In this document: positions 60,364 through 64,000 of the stretch, in pieces
How the letters are laid out: each line of letters opens with the position of its first letter
Numbering within the stretch: position 1 is the first letter of the stretch
DNA from: Alphaproteobacteria bacterium
GTDB lineage: Bacteria; Pseudomonadota; Alphaproteobacteria; UBA828
Direction: 5' to 3'
NCBI GenBank assembly: GCA_963667785.2
Contig: CAXXMU010000002.1
Coordinates: forward strand, 288,001 to 352,000
DNA length: 64,000 nt
The notes under the pieces: model-generated
What the model saw: only the letters and a program-made list of their open reading frames with translations
Told to the model about the DNA's origin: nothing
The model's database searches: none
Made by a program: the position numbers and the translations under genes

Positions 60364-60852
60364 ATGTCCGTGTCCTTGCCCGCCGCCACGCCTGCCCAGC
60401 TCGCGCTCGACCTCGCGCGGCCCTGCGTCGCCGAGGGCCGGGCAGACGGGCTCGCTCGCGGCGTCTGCCGGCTGCTTGATTCCATGGGCATCTGCGCGCT
60501 CGTCGAGGTGCCGCTCGGCACCGGCCGCCGCGCGGACGTGCTGGGGCAGGACGGCAAGGGGCGCTTCACCATCGTGGAGATCAAGAGCGGGCTTGCGGAT
60601 TTCCGCGCGGACACCAAGTGGGAGGACTACCGCGACCATTGCGACCGGCTCTATTTCGCGGTCGGCAGCGCGTTCTCGCTCGATGCGCTGCCCGAGAGCG
60701 CCGGCGTCATGGTGGCCGACCGCTTCGGCGCCGAGATCAGGCGCGAGGCGCCGCACCGGCCCATGACCCAGGGGCTGCGGCGCAGGCAGGCGATCCGCTT
60801 CGGCCGCGTCGCCGCCCACCGCCTGCGCTTCTTTCACGAGGGACCGGGATAG
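60364..60852 (+). CDS. mmcB: MmcB family DNA repair protein (PD-(D/E)XK nuclease)
   Basis: ARGVCRLL, GRRADV, IVEIKS..DFRADTKW.DY..CDRLYFAV. Confidence 0.88.
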   Translation: MSVSLPAATPAQLALDLARPCVAEGRADGLARGVCRLLDSMGICALVEVPLGTGRRADVLGQDGKGRFTIVEIKSGLADFRADTKWEDYRDHCDRLYFAVGSAFSLDALPESAGVMVADRFGAEIRREAPHRPMTQGLRRRQAIRFGRVAAHRLRFFHEGPG

Positions 60853-61173
60853 AGCGTATCCGTCTCTGACGGATACGCGACAGGCCGCGACTGCGGCCCG
60901 CCGCTTATGCGGCGCCCTCGCGGAGGCGCCGGCTGCAAGCCGGCTGCCGTGAGCGAAAAGGGATGGAGCGAGTCCGCCTATAGCGGACTCGCGACAAGCC
61001 GCGACTGCGAGCGACAAAGGGCTGGTGTCCCGATCGCGACGAACAAGGTCTCCCCCGCACGTCATGGCCGGGCTTGTCCCGGCCATCCACGTCTCGCGGC
61101 CGCGCTAGGCCGATAGAGATGCCCGGAACAAGTCCGGGCATGACGAGGAGTTGACGGATACGCGACAGGCCGC
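60852..61173 (+). repeat. Hairpin repeat cluster: two 44-bp copies plus a 22-bp partial copy
   Basis: 60852-60895 and 60966-61009 are 35/44 identical with compensatory stem changes. TGACGGATACGCGACAGGCCGC occurs at both 60867-60888 and 61152-61173. Confidence 0.85.
61061..61144 (+). repeat. REP/REPIN-like palindromic element (copy B)
   Basis: GTCATGGCCGGGCTTGTCCCGGCCATCCAC...GATGCCCGGAACAAGTCCGGGCATGAC. Reverse-complement match to 22814-22897. Confidence 0.88.
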
Positions 61174-61216
61174 TCGCTTCCGCGCCGCTTCGCACCGTGC
61201 TAAAAGCCGCCTCGCC

Positions 61217-61290
61217 TGGGGCGTAGCCAAGCGGTAAGGCAACGGGTTTTGGTCCCGTGATCCCAGGTTCGAATCCTGGCGCCCCAGCCA
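61217..61290 (+). tRNA. tRNA-Gln (anticodon TTG)
   Basis: TGGGGCG acceptor, D-arm GCCAAGCGGTAAGGC, ACGGG-TTTTGGT-CCCGT anticodon arm, GGTTCGAATCC T-arm, encoded CCA. Confidence 0.96.
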
Positions 61291-61342
61291 CGCCCTGCCG
61301 CCGGCACCTGAGGAGAGGGCCGATCGCCCGCCGCGATACCCC

Positions 61343-62698
61343 ATGATCCCGCGCTATTCACGCCCGGAGATGGCTGCGGTCTGGGCGCCGGAAACCCGCT
61401 TCGCCATCTGGCTGGAGATCGAGCGCCACGCGCTGGACGCCCAGGTCGCGCGCGGCGAGGCGCCGCAGGCGGCGGCGGACGCGCTCGCCCGCGCGATCCG
61501 CGAGCACGGCGACGCCCTCGTCGACCCCGCCCGAATCGAGGCGATCGAGCGTGAGACCCGCCACGATGTGATCGCCTTCCTCACCAACCTCGCCGACCAT
61601 GTGGGGCCCGACGCCCGCTTCATCCATCAGGGCCTCACCTCGTCCGACGTCCTCGATACCTGCCTCGCCGTGCAGCTCGACCGGGCCGGCGCCCTGCTGG
61701 AGCAGGGCATCGCCGCCGTGGCGGCAGCGCTGGAGCGCCGCGCCTTCGAGCACAGGCACACGCTTTGCGTCGGCCGCAGCCACGGCGTCCATGCCGAGCC
61801 CACGAGCTTCGGCCTCAAGCTCGCCGGCCACCATGCGGAGTTCGCCCGCGCCGGCGAGCGCATGAGGGTTGCACGGCGCGAGATCGCCACCTGCGCCATC
61901 TCCGGCCCGGTCGGCACCTTCGCGAGCGTGGCGCCCGAGGTCGAGGCGCATGTCGCCGCCGAGATGGGGCTCGCGCCGGAGCCGGTCTCGACCCAGGTCA
62001 TCCCGCGCGACCGCCACGCCATGTACTTCGCCGTGCTCGGCGTCGTTGCCGGCGCGGTGGAGCGGCTCGCGGTCGAGATCCGGCATCTGCAGCGGAGCGA
62101 GGTGGGGGAGGCGGCGGAGGCCTTCGGCAAGGGGCAGAAGGGCTCGTCCGCCATGCCCCATAAGAAGAACCCCATCCTGAGCGAGAACCTGACCGGGCTC
62201 GCCCGCGTCGTGCGCGCGGCCGTGACTCCGGCGCTGGAGAACGTCGCGCTCTGGCACGAGCGCGACATCAGCCATTCCGCCGTGGAGCGGGTCTTCGCGC
62301 CGGACGCGACCATCGCGCTGGACTTCGCGCTCAGCCGGCTCGCTGGCGTCGTCGACGGCCTCGTGGTGGATGCCGCGGCCATGCGGCGCAATCTCGAGAG
62401 CCGCGGCGGGCTGGTCTACAGCCAGCGCGTGCTGCTGGCGCTGGTCGAACGCGGGATCGGCCGCGAGGATGCTTACGCCATCGTTCAGGAGATAGCGCTC
62501 GACGTGTGGGAGGAGGGCGGCGACTTCGAGGCCGCGCTCGCCGCCGACGTGCGGGTCGCGGCCGTGCTCGACCGCGCCGCGCTCGCCGAGCTGTTCCGGC
62601 CCGAGCCCTGTCTCCAGCATGTCGATACGATCTTCGAGCGCGTCTTCGGGCGCATCACGGACGAATCAACCGAGAAGGAAGGGAGTGGACGTTCATGA
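61343..62698 (+). CDS. purB: Adenylosuccinate lyase
   Basis: MIPRYSRPEM, HDVIAF, GRSHGVHAEP, GSSAMPHKKNP, WHERDISHS. Confidence 0.96.
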   Translation: MIPRYSRPEMAAVWAPETRFAIWLEIERHALDAQVARGEAPQAAADALARAIREHGDALVDPARIEAIERETRHDVIAFLTNLADHVGPDARFIHQGLTSSDVLDTCLAVQLDRAGALLEQGIAAVAAALERRAFEHRHTLCVGRSHGVHAEPTSFGLKLAGHHAEFARAGERMRVARREIATCAISGPVGTFASVAPEVEAHVAAEMGLAPEPVSTQVIPRDRHAMYFAVLGVVAGAVERLAVEIRHLQRSEVGEAAEAFGKGQKGSSAMPHKKNPILSENLTGLARVVRAAVTPALENVALWHERDISHSAVERVFAPDATIALDFALSRLAGVVDGLVVDAAAMRRNLESRGGLVYSQRVLLALVERGIGREDAYAIVQEIALDVWEEGGDFEAALAADVRVAAVLDRAALAELFRPEPCLQHVDTIFERVFGRITDESTEKEGSGRS

Positions 62699-63441
62699 TC
62701 GAGATGCAGGACCACATTGCGGTCATCACCGGCGCCGGCAGCGGGTTCGGCGAGGCCACGGCGTATAGGCTCGCGCGCGAGGGGATGCCGATCCTCTGCC
62801 AGGACATCAACGAGGAGAACGCCGAGCGGACCGCCGCCAAGGTGCGCGAGGGCAACGGCCGGGCCGCGGCAGTCGGCGGTGACGTCTCCAGCGAAGCGGA
62901 CGTGAAGGCGGTGTTCGAGGCCTGCCGGCAGTCCTTCGGCGACTGCACGCTGCTCTTCGCCAACGCCGGCTACGCCCGTCTCTCGCCCTTCGTCGAGATG
63001 CCGACCGAGGAGTTCGACCGCATGGTGGCGGTGCTGCTGCGCGGCGTCTTCCTCTGCGACCGCGAGGCGCTCGGCCCGATGCTGGAGAAGGGCGAAGGCG
63101 TCATCATCAACACCGCCTCGCAGCTCGGCCACAAGGGGGCCTTCGAGATGGCTCACTATGCGGCGGCGAAGGCCGGCGTGATCGGGCTCACCAAGTCGCT
63201 CGCGCTCGAGGTCGCGAGCCGCGGCGTCCGCGTCAACGCCATCGGCCCCGGCCCCTGCAACACCCCGATCCTCGACGACATCTCCGACGAGTGGAAGGAG
63301 AGGAAGGCCGCCGAGCTGCCGCTCGGACGCTTCGGCGAGGCCTGGGAGATCGCGGAGACGGTGGCCTTTCTCGCAGGCCCCGGCGGCGGCATCTACGTCG
63401 GCCAGACCCTCGGCCCCAACTCCGGCGACGTCATGCTGTGA
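62695..63441 (+). CDS. SDR family oxidoreductase (FabG-like)
   Basis: TGAGSGFG, ANAG, YAAAK, NAIGPG, PLGRFG. Confidence 0.9.
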   Translation: MIEMQDHIAVITGAGSGFGEATAYRLAREGMPILCQDINEENAERTAAKVREGNGRAAAVGGDVSSEADVKAVFEACRQSFGDCTLLFANAGYARLSPFVEMPTEEFDRMVAVLLRGVFLCDREALGPMLEKGEGVIINTASQLGHKGAFEMAHYAAAKAGVIGLTKSLALEVASRGVRVNAIGPGPCNTPILDDISDEWKERKAAELPLGRFGEAWEIAETVAFLAGPGGGIYVGQTLGPNSGDVML

Positions 63442-63471
63442 CGGCCGCCGTGCCGCGAGCTCGCGTCCGCG

Positions 63472-63654
63472 TCAGGCGCCCTCGCAGTCGCCGTCCCGCA
63501 CCGGCGGCGACGGCGCGGTGGCGGCGCGCGCTCTCTTCTGGCGCTTGCGCCGGCGCAGGTTCTCGCGGAGCGCCGCGGCGAGCCGTGTCTCGCGCTCGCG
63601 GCTCTTGGCGCCCGGGGGCGCCTGCGGCTCGTCCTTGCGGCGGTCCGTCGCCAT
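63472..63654 (-). CDS. Small basic conserved alphaproteobacterial hypothetical protein
   Basis: RLAAALRENLRRRK motif recalled from small alphaproteobacterial proteins; 60 aa. Confidence 0.6.
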   Translation of the reverse strand: MATDRRKDEPQAPPGAKSRERETRLAAALRENLRRRKRQKRARAATAPSPPVRDGDCEGA

Positions 63655-63680
63655 GACGCTTGCCACGGTAGCACGGATGA

Positions 63681-64000
<320 letters not shown>

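Noticed and set aside
60852-61173. CRISPR array interpretation of the hairpin repeats
   Set aside because: Only two full copies and one partial, unequal spacing, 9/44 mismatches and no cas genes. Kept as a structured repeat instead.
61217-61290. tRNA-Gln as an island integration site
   Set aside because: No duplicated tRNA 3' end or integrase seen, and purB follows directly.

Overview
High-GC, gene-dense chromosome segment of an alphaproteobacterium, probably Rhodospirillales-like. MORN, Sel1 and GPP34 proteins plus a secreted sphingomyelinase hint at host association. Core genes are dinG, class I lysS, tatABC, rpmG, dnaE, rpsB-tsf-pyrH-frr-uppS, hisN, tRNA-Gln(UUG), purB and partial metY. 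They are interleaved with many catabolic enzymes: PhyH and TauD dioxygenases, an (R)-transaminase-like fold IV enzyme, a Liv-type ABC transporter, a divergent adenine deaminase, an amidase with an alpha-amino-epsilon-caprolactam (ACL) racemase, an LLM enzyme, an amidohydrolase, a CoxMSL-like molybdoenzyme and a class 3 asparaginase. The main points of interest are four. (1) A visibly lower-GC ~10 kb block (about 46.6-56.7 kb) with a Phd-PIN TA pair and a six-gene signalling operon: receiver-PP2C phosphatase, two orphan binding proteins, a TorS-like kinase, an output-less HAMP receptor and an OFA-family transporter. (2) A family of structured intergenic repeats with compensatory base changes (22.8 kb and 60.9-61.2 kb). 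(3) An orphan, divergent GroEL. (4) Two single-base frameshifts about 1.3 kb apart. No CRISPR array, transposase, integrase or prophage was seen. All family calls come from motif recognition by eye; no searches were run.
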